A DNA stretch of 31,669 nucleotides from Candidatus Krumholzibacteriia bacterium. Its GTDB lineage: Bacteria; Krumholzibacteriota; Krumholzibacteriia; LZORAL124-64-63. The stretch is taken from positions 1 to 31,669 of the forward strand of contig DAOWLV010000001.1 in NCBI GenBank assembly GCA_030643455.1. The letters run 5' to 3'. Numbering within the stretch: the stretch's first letter is position 1; every line of letters starts with the position of its first letter. Both the position numbers and the translations under genes were made by a program. The notes beneath the pieces were generated by a model that made no database searches, was not told the origin of the DNA, and saw only the letters and a program-made list of their open reading frames with translations. This document shows, in pieces, positions 1 through 9,997 of this stretch.

Positions 1-9
1 CTGCTGGCG

Positions 10-1659
10 TTGGCCAGACCGCAGTGGGGTGCCAGCGAAGTGACGGTGACGCAGCAGGGCTCGGACATCATCGTGGCCCTGGACATTTCCAATTCCATGC
101 TGGCGGAGGATGTTCCTCCCAACCGGATGGAACGGGCCAAGACCGAGCTGGGTAGTTTCCTGTCACGCCTGGAGGACAGCCGCGTCGGCCTGGTGTTTTT
201 CGCGGGCGCTGCTTTTGTCCAGTGTCCCATGACTCTCGACTACGGAACTGCGGGAATCTTTCTCAAGATGGCCGGCCCGGACATGATGTCCGAACAGGGC
301 ACGGCCATCGCCGCGGCCCTCAAGACCAGTCGCGAACTTCTGGCCAAGGGCAGGGAAGGCGCCCCGGGCGGGACGTTCCAGGCCATCCTTTTGGTCACCG
401 ATGGTGAGGATCTGGAAGGCGACTGGGAGAAGGAGGCCCAAGCCTGCAGGCGGGATGGCATCAGGGTCATTCCCGTGGGAGTGGGCGAGGAAACCGGGGG
501 GCTGATCCCTATCCAGGATCAGAGGGGGCGAGCTGCGGGATTCATGAAGGACGAGGATAACAAGGTGGTGATGACGCGTCTGGATATGGCTTCCCTGAAT
601 AAGTTGGCCGCCATCGGGGGCGGTAGTCCGTTCCGCCTCGGAGTCGATCCGCTGGCAGGGGACAGGCTCTTTGCCGAGCTGGAAAGGTTGGGCAAGCGGG
701 ACCTCGAGGAACGGAGGATATCCGCCTACCAGGAACGTTTCATCCTGCCTCTTGCGCTTGCCCTGTTGAGCTTCGCCGTGCGCATGCTTCTGCGGCCAAG
801 GGGAGACAGGAACACCCGGAGTGGGGGGCGTCCGGGAGTTTCGGCCTTGATGATGGTAGGATTGATGATCGGTCTGGTCACTCACGGCCAGGCCCTGGCC
901 GGACCTCTCGAGCCCGGAAACGGGGACTTGGCCCAGGGACGGGAAAAATACCTTGCGGGCCAATACGAGGAGGCCCTGGGTGATTTCGAATCCGCCCTCG
1001 TTCAGGATCCCGATGATCCCGTCGTAACCCTTGCCGTGGGCGAAACTCTTTTCCGGCTGGAACGTTACGAAGAAGCCTTGGCCGAGTTCGAGCGTACACT
1101 GACCTTGACCGATGATCAGGAATTGAAAGCCGAGGCCCTCTATAACGCTGGCACCACCCTGCTGGCGGCGGGAGATCCCCGCCTGGCCGCCGAAAAATTA
1201 CTCGGTTCCCTGGCCGTGGATGAGGGCCAGGATGATGCCCTGCACAACCTGGAAGTGGCATTGATGCGTATGCAGGAGCAACAGCAGCAAGAACAGCAAG
1301 AACAGCAAGACCAGGATCAGCAGGATCAAGACGAGCAAGATAAGAAGGATAAGCAGGACCAGCAGGACCAGCAGGACCAGCAGGACCAGCAGGACCAGCA
1401 GGACCAGCAGGACCAGCAGGAGCAGGACCAAAAGGATCAGAAGGAGCAGGAACAACAGGAACAACAGGAGCAGCAGGATCAAAAGGATCCCGATCATGCG
1501 GAAGACCAACAGGAGCCCACGGAATCCGAAACCGAGGAATTGACCCAGGAACAGGCCCTTCAGATTCTCAAGGCCCTGGACCGGGACGAGGAAGAGCTCA
1601 AGAGATCGGTGCAGAAGCGTCTCAGGGGCGGCAAGCCGAAAAGTGGAAAGAAATGGTGA
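10..1659 (+). CDS. BatB-BatC-like fusion: VWA domain, TM segment, TPR repeats, Gln/Asp-rich linker (probably 5'-truncated by the window edge)
   Basis: MIDAS DISNSM, GTAIAAAL and LVTDGED; hydrophobic segments; TPR helices (ALYNAGTTLL); Q/D/E-rich linker; BatC-like C-terminus ending KKW; directly upstream of a BatD-like gene. The frame is open from the window start. Confidence 0.85.
   Translation: MARPQWGASEVTVTQQGSDIIVALDISNSMLAEDVPPNRMERAKTELGSFLSRLEDSRVGLVFFAGAAFVQCPMTLDYGTAGIFLKMAGPDMMSEQGTAIAAALKTSRELLAKGREGAPGGTFQAILLVTDGEDLEGDWEKEAQACRRDGIRVIPVGVGEETGGLIPIQDQRGRAAGFMKDEDNKVVMTRLDMASLNKLAAIGGGSPFRLGVDPLAGDRLFAELERLGKRDLEERRISAYQERFILPLALALLSFAVRMLLRPRGDRNTRSGGRPGVSALMMVGLMIGLVTHGQALAGPLEPGNGDLAQGREKYLAGQYEEALGDFESALVQDPDDPVVTLAVGETLFRLERYEEALAEFERTLTLTDDQELKAEALYNAGTTLLAAGDPRLAAEKLLGSLAVDEGQDDALHNLEVALMRMQEQQQQEQQEQQDQDQQDQDEQDKKDKQDQQDQQDQQDQQDQQDQQDQQEQDQKDQKEQEQQEQQEQQDQKDPDHAEDQQEPTESETEELTQEQALQILKALDRDEEELKRSVQKRLRGGKPKSGKKW
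1354..1416 (+). repeat. Seven perfect tandem copies of CAGGACCAG encoding (QDQ)7
   Basis: Counted directly: units start at 1354, 1363, 1372, 1381, 1390, 1399 and 1408, inside a longer degenerate Gln/Asp/Glu-coding tract (~1275-1500). Confidence 0.95.
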
Positions 1660-4337
1660 TCCCACCGATGTGGAAAATCTCCAACCTCCTGTCAAGAACG
1701 GCGCCGGCGTTCTTGTTCCTGGTGTGTTTGGCTGCGGCCTTTCCCGTGGTCGCCCAGTCGGATTTTTCCTGCCTCGCGGAGGTGAACCGAACCACGGTTC
1801 CACGGGGTGGGAATGTCGTGCTCACCGTTTCGGCCGAGGGAGACGTCGGCTGGTCTGCGGATTTCATACTGCCCGACCTGCCGGGTGTCCGTGTCCAGAG
1901 CGGTGGCACCAACCAGAGCATGAGCGTGATCAACGGGAAAGCACGAACCTCGGTGTCGCGGACCTGGTATTTGACCGTGGAGACGGAGCATGATTTCACC
2001 ATCGGTACGGTTCGGGTCAATTCCCCCGGAGGAGATTGCCGGACGAAACCGATAAGGATAAAGGTCACCGCTCCGTTGCCGCCCAAGAAAATCCCCCCCG
2101 CGACCACCGGCAACCGGGTGCCGGCGCCTGCCGGCGCTGACATGGGGACCACCGGCAGCCAGTCCGGCCAGCCGGGTGATGACATCTTCCTGACCCTTGA
2201 CACCGATCACGAGGAAGCCTGGGTGGGCCAGCAGATCATCCTCACCTTCCGCTACTGGCGCCGAATTCAACCCTGGAACAACCCGTCCTACAAGGCCCCC
2301 CGCACAGAGGGGTTTTGGCGGGAGGATCTCGGCGCGGAAAAGAGCTACCGCAAGGTGGTCAAGGGGCGGGCCTACAACGTCACGGAAATCCGCTATTCCC
2401 TGTTCCCCACCCGCAGTGGCGATATGATCGTCGAACCGGCTGAACTCTCCTTCCCCGAAGGAGTATTCGACCGGTTCTTCAATTCCCGGCGCTCGCGGCG
2501 CGGGCCAAATCTTCTGCGCACCAGGTCCCTGGTCATCAAGGTCAGGGATCTGCCGGTGCCGAGGCCCCAGGAATTCTCGGGGATCGTGGCTTCCCGGCTC
2601 AGTCTGCAGGCGAACGTGGATCGGAAAACGGTTCCCCGGGGCGAAGCCCTTGGACTGAAGGTAATTCTTGTGGCGGACGGTTTCCTGAAAGGGTTCTCGG
2701 GCCTGAATATCGTGGCGCCCGAAGGAGCCCGCATGCACGACGCTTCGGAGGGTTTTCGATCGCGTGTCGCCCAGGACCGGATATCCGGCGAGATCACCGT
2801 GGAAAAGGTTCTCATCCCCGGTCAGGATGGTCTGATGACCATTCCCTCCCTGGAACTGTCCTGGTTCGATTCCGGCCGCGGCCAGTACCGCCTGGCACGG
2901 ACTCCGCCCCGCGAGATCCAGGTGACCCCAAGCGACCTGCCCCGGGCCGGGGATGAAAGTTCCGGATTCCTGCGTAATGAGATCAGCCGATTGAGTGATG
3001 ACCTGGCGTTCATCCACCAGGTCCCTGGACATCTCGGACAGCGGGCCCGCCCTTGGCTCGGCAGCACCGTTTGGTGGATCGCCTTTCTGCTGCCGGCCCT
3101 GTTGCTGGCGGTACTGCGGTTTTATTTGGGCCGGCAGTCCGCGGACCGGAGAAACCCTGCCGCCCGGCGACTGCGGCTGTCACTGGTCACGGCGCGCGCC
3201 GGACTGGCGAAGGCCTCCGGGCATGGGGACACGCCCGAGTGCATGACAAGCCTCGCCCGGAGTATCGCCGGGTTCGTGTCCGACTGCACGGACCGGCCCC
3301 TGGCCGCCGTGGGAGCCCCGGAGGTGATGGATTATTGCGAAGCGGCAGGATTGCCCCAGAGTGGTCGACGCCTGGCCCGGATCCTGGAAGAGTGCGACTC
3401 GGCCCGATACGGTGGGGTGCGAATTTCGGGGGCCGCCCAGCTGGTGTCCGAGGTGGAGACCCTTTTGAAGGGCCTGGATGAGGCCCGGAAAAGGCGGGTA
3501 GTCAAATCCGGGCCGGTCCTCGGCCTGCTGTCGGTTTTGATCCTGCTGGCAGTGACCACGCAGACAGTCATGGCGCAGGAACCGGATCCGGGCGGCCGTC
3601 CGGGAGCCGATCCCGTCCGGTTGGTGGCCGAGGGGAACCAGGCCTATATCGAGGGACAGACCGACCGGGCCCTGGATCTCTACCTGCAGGCGCAAGCCCT
3701 GGGTATCCATGACGCGGCGCTCCATTTCAACCTTGGCAATACCTACGCCCGCCAGGGGGCACTCGGTCAAGCCGTGGCTTCCTATCTGCGGGCCCGCCGC
3801 CTGGCGCCCCGGGATCAGGACATCCAGACCAATCTGGCCTGGGTCCGGCAGCATATCAAGGACCTCGAACTCACCGAAGGCAAGTTGCCCCTGTTCATCG
3901 CCCAGGCCGCGGCAGTGATCTCGGCCTTCACTCTGGATCAATGGGGATTCGCGTTGCTGTTGACCGCCTGGATCACCGCCATGCTGGTTGCCTGGGGCTG
4001 GTATCGGGAGGACTTCGGAACCCACTTGAGGCGTACCCTGCTGATCTGCGGGGCCTGCCTGATGGTCGTGGCGACGGTGACAGCAGGCCGTTGGGTTCAT
4101 GAAGAGGTAAGGAACGAGGCAGTGGTGATCGTCAAGGTGGCGGAGGTCAAATCCGGACCCGCGGAGAACTTCCCGGTCCTGTTCCAGGTCCATGACGGCC
4201 TGACAGTCAATATCGAGGGAGAACGGGAAGGCTGGGTCAGGATCGGGCTCGGTGGCGAATGGGTCGGCTGGTTACCCACCGGCAGCGTGACCCCGGTACG
4301 TATTGACCCGGAAACGAATCAATTCCCGGGCCGGTAG
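1653..4337 (+). CDS. BatD-BatE-like fusion: BatD Ig-like repeats, TM segment, TPR, TM segments, C-terminal SH3-like domain
   Basis: Signal peptide; BatD-like segments (VGQQIILTFRY, YSLFPTRSG); TPR LHFNLGNTYARQGALGQAVASYLRARRLAPRDQDIQTNL; SH3b-like end (EVKSGPAENFPVLFQVHDG...GEWVGWLP). Alternative start ATG 1668. Confidence 0.85.
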   Translation: MVIPPMWKISNLLSRTAPAFLFLVCLAAAFPVVAQSDFSCLAEVNRTTVPRGGNVVLTVSAEGDVGWSADFILPDLPGVRVQSGGTNQSMSVINGKARTSVSRTWYLTVETEHDFTIGTVRVNSPGGDCRTKPIRIKVTAPLPPKKIPPATTGNRVPAPAGADMGTTGSQSGQPGDDIFLTLDTDHEEAWVGQQIILTFRYWRRIQPWNNPSYKAPRTEGFWREDLGAEKSYRKVVKGRAYNVTEIRYSLFPTRSGDMIVEPAELSFPEGVFDRFFNSRRSRRGPNLLRTRSLVIKVRDLPVPRPQEFSGIVASRLSLQANVDRKTVPRGEALGLKVILVADGFLKGFSGLNIVAPEGARMHDASEGFRSRVAQDRISGEITVEKVLIPGQDGLMTIPSLELSWFDSGRGQYRLARTPPREIQVTPSDLPRAGDESSGFLRNEISRLSDDLAFIHQVPGHLGQRARPWLGSTVWWIAFLLPALLLAVLRFYLGRQSADRRNPAARRLRLSLVTARAGLAKASGHGDTPECMTSLARSIAGFVSDCTDRPLAAVGAPEVMDYCEAAGLPQSGRRLARILEECDSARYGGVRISGAAQLVSEVETLLKGLDEARKRRVVKSGPVLGLLSVLILLAVTTQTVMAQEPDPGGRPGADPVRLVAEGNQAYIEGQTDRALDLYLQAQALGIHDAALHFNLGNTYARQGALGQAVASYLRARRLAPRDQDIQTNLAWVRQHIKDLELTEGKLPLFIAQAAAVISAFTLDQWGFALLLTAWITAMLVAWGWYREDFGTHLRRTLLICGACLMVVATVTAGRWVHEEVRNEAVVIVKVAEVKSGPAENFPVLFQVHDGLTVNIEGEREGWVRIGLGGEWVGWLPTGSVTPVRIDPETNQFPGR

Positions 4338-4684
4338 ACCGCCGTGGTGGTGGGGGTTTCGCAGACCGTCACGTCCACCAGCAGGGGGAGTTGTTTTTTT
4401 AGTCGGTCAAATATCCAGCAGGCCATCACCTCGGCCGTCGGATTCTCCAACCCTTCTATTTCATTGAGACAATGGTGGTCCAGTTTCGCGTAGAGAGGGG
4501 CGAAGATCTGCGTGATCTCGCCGTAATCCTGCACCCAGCCCAGCCTGGGAACGAGGGCTCCTTCCAACCCCAACACGATGGTATACGTATGGCCGTGAAG
4601 GCGGCCGCACTTGTGGCCGGCCGGGACTTCAGGCAGCCAATGGGCTGCGTCCAGGGTGAAGGATTTGGTGATTCGGCAGTTCAT
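4319..4684 (-). CDS. queD: 6-carboxy-5,6,7,8-tetrahydropterin synthase (QueD/PTPS family)
   Basis: FTLDAAHWLP, CGRLHGHTY and ENPTAE motifs; 121 aa; overlaps the 3' end of the batD-E gene convergently by 19 nt. Confidence 0.93.
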   Translation of the reverse strand: MNCRITKSFTLDAAHWLPEVPAGHKCGRLHGHTYTIVLGLEGALVPRLGWVQDYGEITQIFAPLYAKLDHHCLNEIEGLENPTAEVMACWIFDRLKKQLPLLVDVTVCETPTTTAVYRPGN

Positions 4685-4887
4685 GATTTCCCTGCGTTCA
4701 TGGCTTCTGGAGACAAGGTCCTGGTCCGGAACCGAAAATTACCCTCTGAAGGGGTCAAACGCAACCGATCCGCACCCGGCGCAGGAAATTCTGGAAATTC
4801 ACCAAATGTCGAAAAAATGATAAACATCGGGCAAGAAAGTGCCGATTTCCTCCAGGAAGGCCGAATCCCGTCTTTAGGTCCCAACGA

Positions 4888-6705
4888 GTGAGGAATCCCT
4901 TGGCTACACAGACCGATGATCTCCAGGGTGTCGATGAAGTGATCGAGACCCTCGAACAGGTTGATCAGGAACCCGAAGATGGACCCGAAGCCTCCTGCGC
5001 GGATCCGGAGGAGGAAGCCACGGATTTCGTCGAACCGGAGGTTGGGACTTCGTCGGAAGCCCCCAGTGATCTTCCCCTGGACATGATGTCCCTGATGCGT
5101 GCCGGGATCGGCCAGATGTCCACCATGGACAAGGTCAAGGATTACCCCGAGTTCTTCCTCCGTCTGGCCCAGCGTACGGGGCTTCGCCTGGTCCTGCTCA
5201 AGCGATGGACCAGCGGACTTCAGGTCTTCATGGAGGAGAATATCCAATTGCCGGATGAAGCCAAGAAGAAGCGGCGAGATGGCAAGGCCCCCATTCCCAG
5301 CACGGATTCGGACATCTTCCAGGCCATCACCGAGGACGCCACCGTGTATGCGGGGCCGGTGCCGGTGCAACACTTCCCCCTGGACCTGACCCTCATGCTT
5401 GGCCGCGGAAGCCGGGACAGGCAGATCATCATCCTGCCCCTGCCTTCCCAGAACCACTGGAATACGTTCCTGTACCTCGATGCGGACCAGGCCACCGAGA
5501 AATCCCTGGCGGTGGCGGAGTTTCTCGCCCATTACGCCCTGGCGCGCATGTGCCTCCTGAACAAGGGAGTCAAGAATAGCGGGGGAAAGGTGGCTGGAAT
5601 TCTCAAATCCGAGCTGAAGCGGCGCCAGACGAGTCGAGCAGAACAGGCCCAGAGTGGCCCGGTTCCTCCTCTGGGCAACCGTGCGATTCCCGGTACTGCT
5701 GACAGGGTCGATCCCGAAACGGCCCAGGACGGCGGCGTCGGCTTATCCGGAGCTTCGGAGAAGACGGGTCCACAGCAGGAGGCTCCTGGCGCAAATGGGA
5801 CGGTACCCGACAAACTGACCCCGGAGGCCATCCTTAACCACAGTGGGGAATTGCCTGCCCTGCCCAAGGCTGCGTGTCACATCATGGCGGTCATCGAGGA
5901 CCCGAGCACCACGGCGACCAAACTGGAACAGGCGCTGGCGATGGACCAGGCGTTGACGGCCAAGGTCCTGCGTATCGCCAACAGTCCTTTCTACGGAGCG
6001 GTCCGGGAAATCACCACCGTGAGCGAGGCCATTGTTCGGCTGGGGTTCGTGGCCATCAGGAACTGGACCCTGGTCACGGCCGCCAGATCGGTGTTCCTTT
6101 CACCTGGTGCGGGCATGCTTTACCAGAAGATCTGGCGCCAGTCGGTCATGTCGGCCATGGCGGGGCAACTGGTTGCCCAGGCCATCGGACGCAGCAATCC
6201 CGACAGCGTCTTCATCGGTGGGTTGATGCAGAATATCGGTCAGCTGGTCCTGGCCCGCAGCAACCCGGAACTATTCCAGGAAATCCTCAACGATTCTTCC
6301 GAACGCGGTTTGCCGTACCACATCGTGGAACGGGACCGCCTGGGCTTCGACCACGGTGAACTGGGGGCCCTGCTGATCAAGGAGTGGAACCTCAGCCAGG
6401 AACTGGAGGAGGCCGTCCGCTGGCACCACAGGTTCGAGGAAGAAGGAGCGAAAAGCGACCGGATCGCCGCCATGATCGCTCTGGGCGAGGAAATCGCCCT
6501 GTGTAACAGCGGCCATGAGGAGATCCAGGACAGCAGTGGGGAGGCAGGGACGGAACAGGACCAGGAGCAGGATGCGGGACAGAAACCGGAACAAGACGGA
6601 ACCCTCAGCCAAGCTGCCGAATTCCTGGAAGTCACGGTGGAAGCCATGGCCGAACTGAATACCAAGGCCGCGGAACTGAAGATCGATCCCCACTTCTTCA
6701 GCTGA
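4888..6705 (+). CDS. HDOD domain signalling protein with an uncharacterised (possibly GAF-like) N-terminal region
   Basis: C-terminal ELPALP...DQALTAKVLRIANSPFYG...ITTVSEAIVRLG...FIGGLMQNIGQLVL...GFDHGELGALLIKEWNL...AVRWHH is a typical HDOD signature. The GTG start is uncertain. Confidence 0.85.
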   Translation: MRNPLATQTDDLQGVDEVIETLEQVDQEPEDGPEASCADPEEEATDFVEPEVGTSSEAPSDLPLDMMSLMRAGIGQMSTMDKVKDYPEFFLRLAQRTGLRLVLLKRWTSGLQVFMEENIQLPDEAKKKRRDGKAPIPSTDSDIFQAITEDATVYAGPVPVQHFPLDLTLMLGRGSRDRQIIILPLPSQNHWNTFLYLDADQATEKSLAVAEFLAHYALARMCLLNKGVKNSGGKVAGILKSELKRRQTSRAEQAQSGPVPPLGNRAIPGTADRVDPETAQDGGVGLSGASEKTGPQQEAPGANGTVPDKLTPEAILNHSGELPALPKAACHIMAVIEDPSTTATKLEQALAMDQALTAKVLRIANSPFYGAVREITTVSEAIVRLGFVAIRNWTLVTAARSVFLSPGAGMLYQKIWRQSVMSAMAGQLVAQAIGRSNPDSVFIGGLMQNIGQLVLARSNPELFQEILNDSSERGLPYHIVERDRLGFDHGELGALLIKEWNLSQELEEAVRWHHRFEEEGAKSDRIAAMIALGEEIALCNSGHEEIQDSSGEAGTEQDQEQDAGQKPEQDGTLSQAAEFLEVTVEAMAELNTKAAELKIDPHFFS

Positions 6706-6727
6706 CCGGCGAAAAAAAACCTGTAGA

Positions 6728-7324
6728 TCAGCCCCGGGCCGTTTCCTTGTGCCCGGGGTTTTCCTCTTGGGGGGGCTCGAAATGCCGGCGGCAGCGGGCC
6801 TCGTAGGTTTCGCTGGCGCCAACCACGATCTGATCGGTAGCCGGGGTCAATCGCTGGGTGAAGTTGGCGGGCTCCCCGCAGATCATGCAGATCGCCAGCT
6901 GCTTGGTCACGTATTCGGCGGTGCACATCAACTGGGGCATCGGGCCGAAAGGGCGGCCCCGGTAATCGAGATCGAGACCGGCGACGATGACCCGTTTGCC
7001 CTGGTTTCCCAGCTTGTTGACCACATCCACAATCTCATCTGTAAAGAACTGCGCCTCGTCGATGGCCACCATTTCGGTCCGGTCATCCACGAGTGCGATG
7101 ATGTCGGTCACGTCGGTCACGGCGATGCCGGGAATACTCTGCTGGTTGTGGGAAACGATGCTTGTCGCATCGTAGCGGGAATCGCTGCCGTGCTTGAAGA
7201 TCTGCACCCGGCGGCGGGCGATCTGGGCCCGGCGGATCCGCTTGATCAGTTCCTCGCTCTTGCCGCTGAACATGGGCCCGCAAATGACCTCGACCCATCC
7301 CGACTTGCCGTTGATGATCTGCAT
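6728..7324 (-). CDS. tdk: Thymidine kinase (type II)
   Basis: GPMFSGKS P-loop, IDEAQF, GLDLDYRGRPF, zinc-site CMIC and YEARCR; AAGGAG RBS upstream of the ATG. Confidence 0.96.
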   Translation of the reverse strand: MQIINGKSGWVEVICGPMFSGKSEELIKRIRRAQIARRRVQIFKHGSDSRYDATSIVSHNQQSIPGIAVTDVTDIIALVDDRTEMVAIDEAQFFTDEIVDVVNKLGNQGKRVIVAGLDLDYRGRPFGPMPQLMCTAEYVTKQLAICMICGEPANFTQRLTPATDQIVVGASETYEARCRRHFEPPQEENPGHKETARG

Positions 7325-7425
7325 GTCACTCCTTTAATCCCTTGTAAAGTCCCGTTGGGATAATTTATTCTATCACATCGGCACTGCCAAGCAAATGAAC
7401 CCGCCGGAACCAGAAAGGTGTCTCC

Positions 7426-8265
7426 TTGGTCATGTGGACCCGTTCCGATTTCCACCAATTGATCGAACCCGCCGCCGTCGGCATGATCCATCTGCATCCC
7501 TTGCCGGGCAGTCCCCGGTGGGCCGGAGACATGGAATCGGTCATCACCGCAGCCCTGGCTGATACCGAAGCGCTGGTGGGCGGGGGTTTGAACGCCGTCA
7601 TGATCGAAAACTACCATGATATTCCATTCTATTCGGGCCGGGTGCCCGCCGAAACCGTGGCGGCGATGGCCGTTCTTGTCCAGGCGGTCGGGAATTCGTT
7701 TCCCGGACTCATGACAGGAGTCAATGTCCTGCGCAATGATGTGGAATCGGCCCTGGGTATTGCCGCAGCCACCGGGGCCCGCTTCGTCAGGGTCAATATC
7801 CACACGGGAACCGCCGTCACCGATCAGGGTACCATCGAAGGTCGCGCCTGGAATACCTTGCGCCGCCGCCGCGAGTTGGGCCTCGCCGTCGGCATACTGG
7901 CCGATGTCCGGGTCAAACACTCCCGCCCCCTGGTGGAAAGGCCGTTGGCGGAAGAGGTTCGCGATCTCAGGTTGCGGGGGTTGACCGACGGGGTGATTGT
8001 CACCGGGGTGGCCACCGGGGCGGGGACAGAGCCCGATGAGGTGGCCATGGTTCGTGAGGCTGTCCCCGACTGCCCGGTGCTTGTCGGCAGCGGGGTCACC
8101 GCGGCGACCGTGGGGAATTTCCTGCCCTTCGCCGACGGCTTCATCGTGGGTTCGTCACTCCAGGAATCATCACCGGACAGCGTGTGGGCACGGGTGTCCC
8201 GGGCCAGGACTTCGGAATTCGTCAAAGCGCTGGAAGAAGCGGCGGGAAAGGAAAACCGGCAATGA
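7426..8265 (+). CDS. BtpA/SgcQ family TIM-barrel protein
   Basis: GMIHLHPLPGSP, MIENYHDIPF, GVNVLRND, ADVRVKHS, IVTGVATG and DGFIVGS family motifs; start is TTG 7426 or ATG 7432. Confidence 0.9.
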   Translation: MVMWTRSDFHQLIEPAAVGMIHLHPLPGSPRWAGDMESVITAALADTEALVGGGLNAVMIENYHDIPFYSGRVPAETVAAMAVLVQAVGNSFPGLMTGVNVLRNDVESALGIAAATGARFVRVNIHTGTAVTDQGTIEGRAWNTLRRRRELGLAVGILADVRVKHSRPLVERPLAEEVRDLRLRGLTDGVIVTGVATGAGTEPDEVAMVREAVPDCPVLVGSGVTAATVGNFLPFADGFIVGSSLQESSPDSVWARVSRARTSEFVKALEEAAGKENRQ

Positions 8266-9296
8266 ATGTTCTTGTGACCGGCGGAGCGGGTTTCATCGGA
8301 TCGAATTTCGTCCGGATGTTGCTGGAGGAATCGGGGGACCGGGTGATCAACCTGGATCTGCTCACCTATGCGGGCAACCTGATCAACCTGGCCGAATACG
8401 AAGACGATCCGCGATACCGTTTCGTACGTGGTGACATCCGTGACCGGGATCTCGTGCGAAAGGTACTCGCCGACGAAAAAATTGAGGCGGTGGTTCACTT
8501 CGCGGCCGAAAGCCATGTCGACCGGTCGGTCGAAGGCCCCGAGATATTCATCCTGACCAACGTGCTGGGCACCGAGATTCTTCTGGAGGAATGCCGCGCC
8601 GCGGGCGTGAATCGTTTCGTCATGGTTTCCACCGACGAGGTCTACGGATCACTGGGGGACGAGGGGCATTTCGTGGAGAACACGCCTCTGGCTCCCAATT
8701 CGCCTTACGCCGCCAGCAAGGCCAGCGCCGACCTGCTGTGCCGCTCCTTTTTCAAGACCTTCGATTTCCCGGTGGTGATCACCCGCTGCAGCAACAACTA
8801 CGGGCCGTATCAGTTTCCCGAGAAATTGATTCCCCTGATGATTGCAGGCGCCCTGGAAGACAGGCCCCTTCCCGTCTACGGGGACGGGCGAAACGTCCGG
8901 GACTGGCTGTACGTCGGCGACCATTGCCGCGCGGTGGATCTGGTCCTGCGCCGGGGTGTTCCGGGAGAGGTATACAACATCGGGGGCTGCAACGAGATGC
9001 GGAACCTGGATCTCGTGGAAATGCTGGTCGACAAACTGGGCAAGAGCCGGGATCTGATAACCTTCGTCAAGGACCGTCCCGGCCACGACCTGCGCTACGC
9101 AATCGACGCCACGAAGATCATCGAGGAACTGGGCTGGAAGCCCCAGGTCGATTTCCAGGCCGGACTGGACCTGACGGTCGAATGGTATCTCGAGCACCGG
9201 ACCTGGTGGGAGGAGATCCGCAGCGGCGAATACACTTCCTACTACGAAAAGATGTACGGCGCCGATGGGCGGCACACCGCCAACGGGAAGTCATGA
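8262..9296 (+). CDS. rfbB: dTDP-glucose 4,6-dehydratase
   Basis: VLVTGGAGFIGSNF, HFAAESHVDRS, VSTDEVYG, YAASK, TRCSNNYGPYQFPEKLIP and DRPGHDLRY; ATG 8262 overlaps the previous stop (ATGA). Confidence 0.95.
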   Translation: MNVLVTGGAGFIGSNFVRMLLEESGDRVINLDLLTYAGNLINLAEYEDDPRYRFVRGDIRDRDLVRKVLADEKIEAVVHFAAESHVDRSVEGPEIFILTNVLGTEILLEECRAAGVNRFVMVSTDEVYGSLGDEGHFVENTPLAPNSPYAASKASADLLCRSFFKTFDFPVVITRCSNNYGPYQFPEKLIPLMIAGALEDRPLPVYGDGRNVRDWLYVGDHCRAVDLVLRRGVPGEVYNIGGCNEMRNLDLVEMLVDKLGKSRDLITFVKDRPGHDLRYAIDATKIIEELGWKPQVDFQAGLDLTVEWYLEHRTWWEEIRSGEYTSYYEKMYGADGRHTANGKS

Positions 9297-9997
9297 CCAC
9301 CGAAGCCGCCTGTATTCTGCCCGACGGCCGCCGCGTGACCATTGCAGCGGAGGCGGCAGACCGACTGTCCTGCGGTGTCCTGGTGCTGGACGGGGTCAAG
9401 GTGGAAGAAAACCCGGCCGTCGCCGAGGCCACTGCGGAACTGGGGGGCAAGCTGGCCGCAAAGTTCGACGGGTTGCTGCCGTCGGAGATACCCGGTCTCC
9501 AGGAGGCCCGCAACCTCTACAAATCCTTCGGCATGGATCCCTCCCGGCACAGGCCCAGCAGTGAGGCCCTGCTTCGCCGCGTACTCAAGGGAAAAGACCT
9601 CTACCGGATCAGCAACGTGGTCGACAGCTGCAACCTGGCCTCGCTCGAATTCCTCCTCCCGGTGGGAATGTACGATCTCGCCAAGGTCACCGGTGACGTC
9701 GTGCTGCGCACCGGCCGGGATGGAGAACAATATCCCGGTATTCGAAAAGGCGATGTGCATCTGGCCGGTCGCCTGGGCCTTTTCGACGAGACGGGGCCTT
9801 TCGGATCCCCGACCAGCGATTCGGTTCGCACTTGCACCTCCACTGACACGAAGGTCCTCTTCGTGGTCATCATGGCCCCCGCTTCGGCTGCCCGGCTCGA
9901 AATGGATGACCATCTTTCCACTTTCAGCAGCCATTTCCAGGCCTTCTGCGGGGCTGTCGAGTCCTTTCGCTCCACTCTTAATGGAGAACCCCGATGA
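9293..9997 (+). CDS. B3/B4 domain protein (PheRS-beta editing-domain-like, free-standing)
   Basis: YKSFGMDPSRHRPSSEALLRRVLKG, ISNVVDSCNLASL, PVGMYDL and GPFGSPTSDS; ATG 9293 overlaps the rmlB stop. The upstream part of the called ORF (8591) is a shadow over rmlB. Confidence 0.88.
   Translation: MTTEAACILPDGRRVTIAAEAADRLSCGVLVLDGVKVEENPAVAEATAELGGKLAAKFDGLLPSEIPGLQEARNLYKSFGMDPSRHRPSSEALLRRVLKGKDLYRISNVVDSCNLASLEFLLPVGMYDLAKVTGDVVLRTGRDGEQYPGIRKGDVHLAGRLGLFDETGPFGSPTSDSVRTCTSTDTKVLFVVIMAPASAARLEMDDHLSTFSSHFQAFCGAVESFRSTLNGEPR

Noticed and set aside
1275-1500. Possible CRISPR-like or mobile repeat
   Set aside because: In-frame low-complexity coding repeat without spacers.
4829-4842. GG-N10-GC upstream of the HDOD gene
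   Set aside because: Flanking bases (CGGGCAA...AGTGC) fit the sigma-54 consensus poorly; likely chance in GC-rich DNA.
8591-9292. N-terminal half of the 468-aa ORF 8591-9997
   Set aside because: Overlaps rmlB out of frame; the B3/4 gene starts at the ATGA overlap at 9293.
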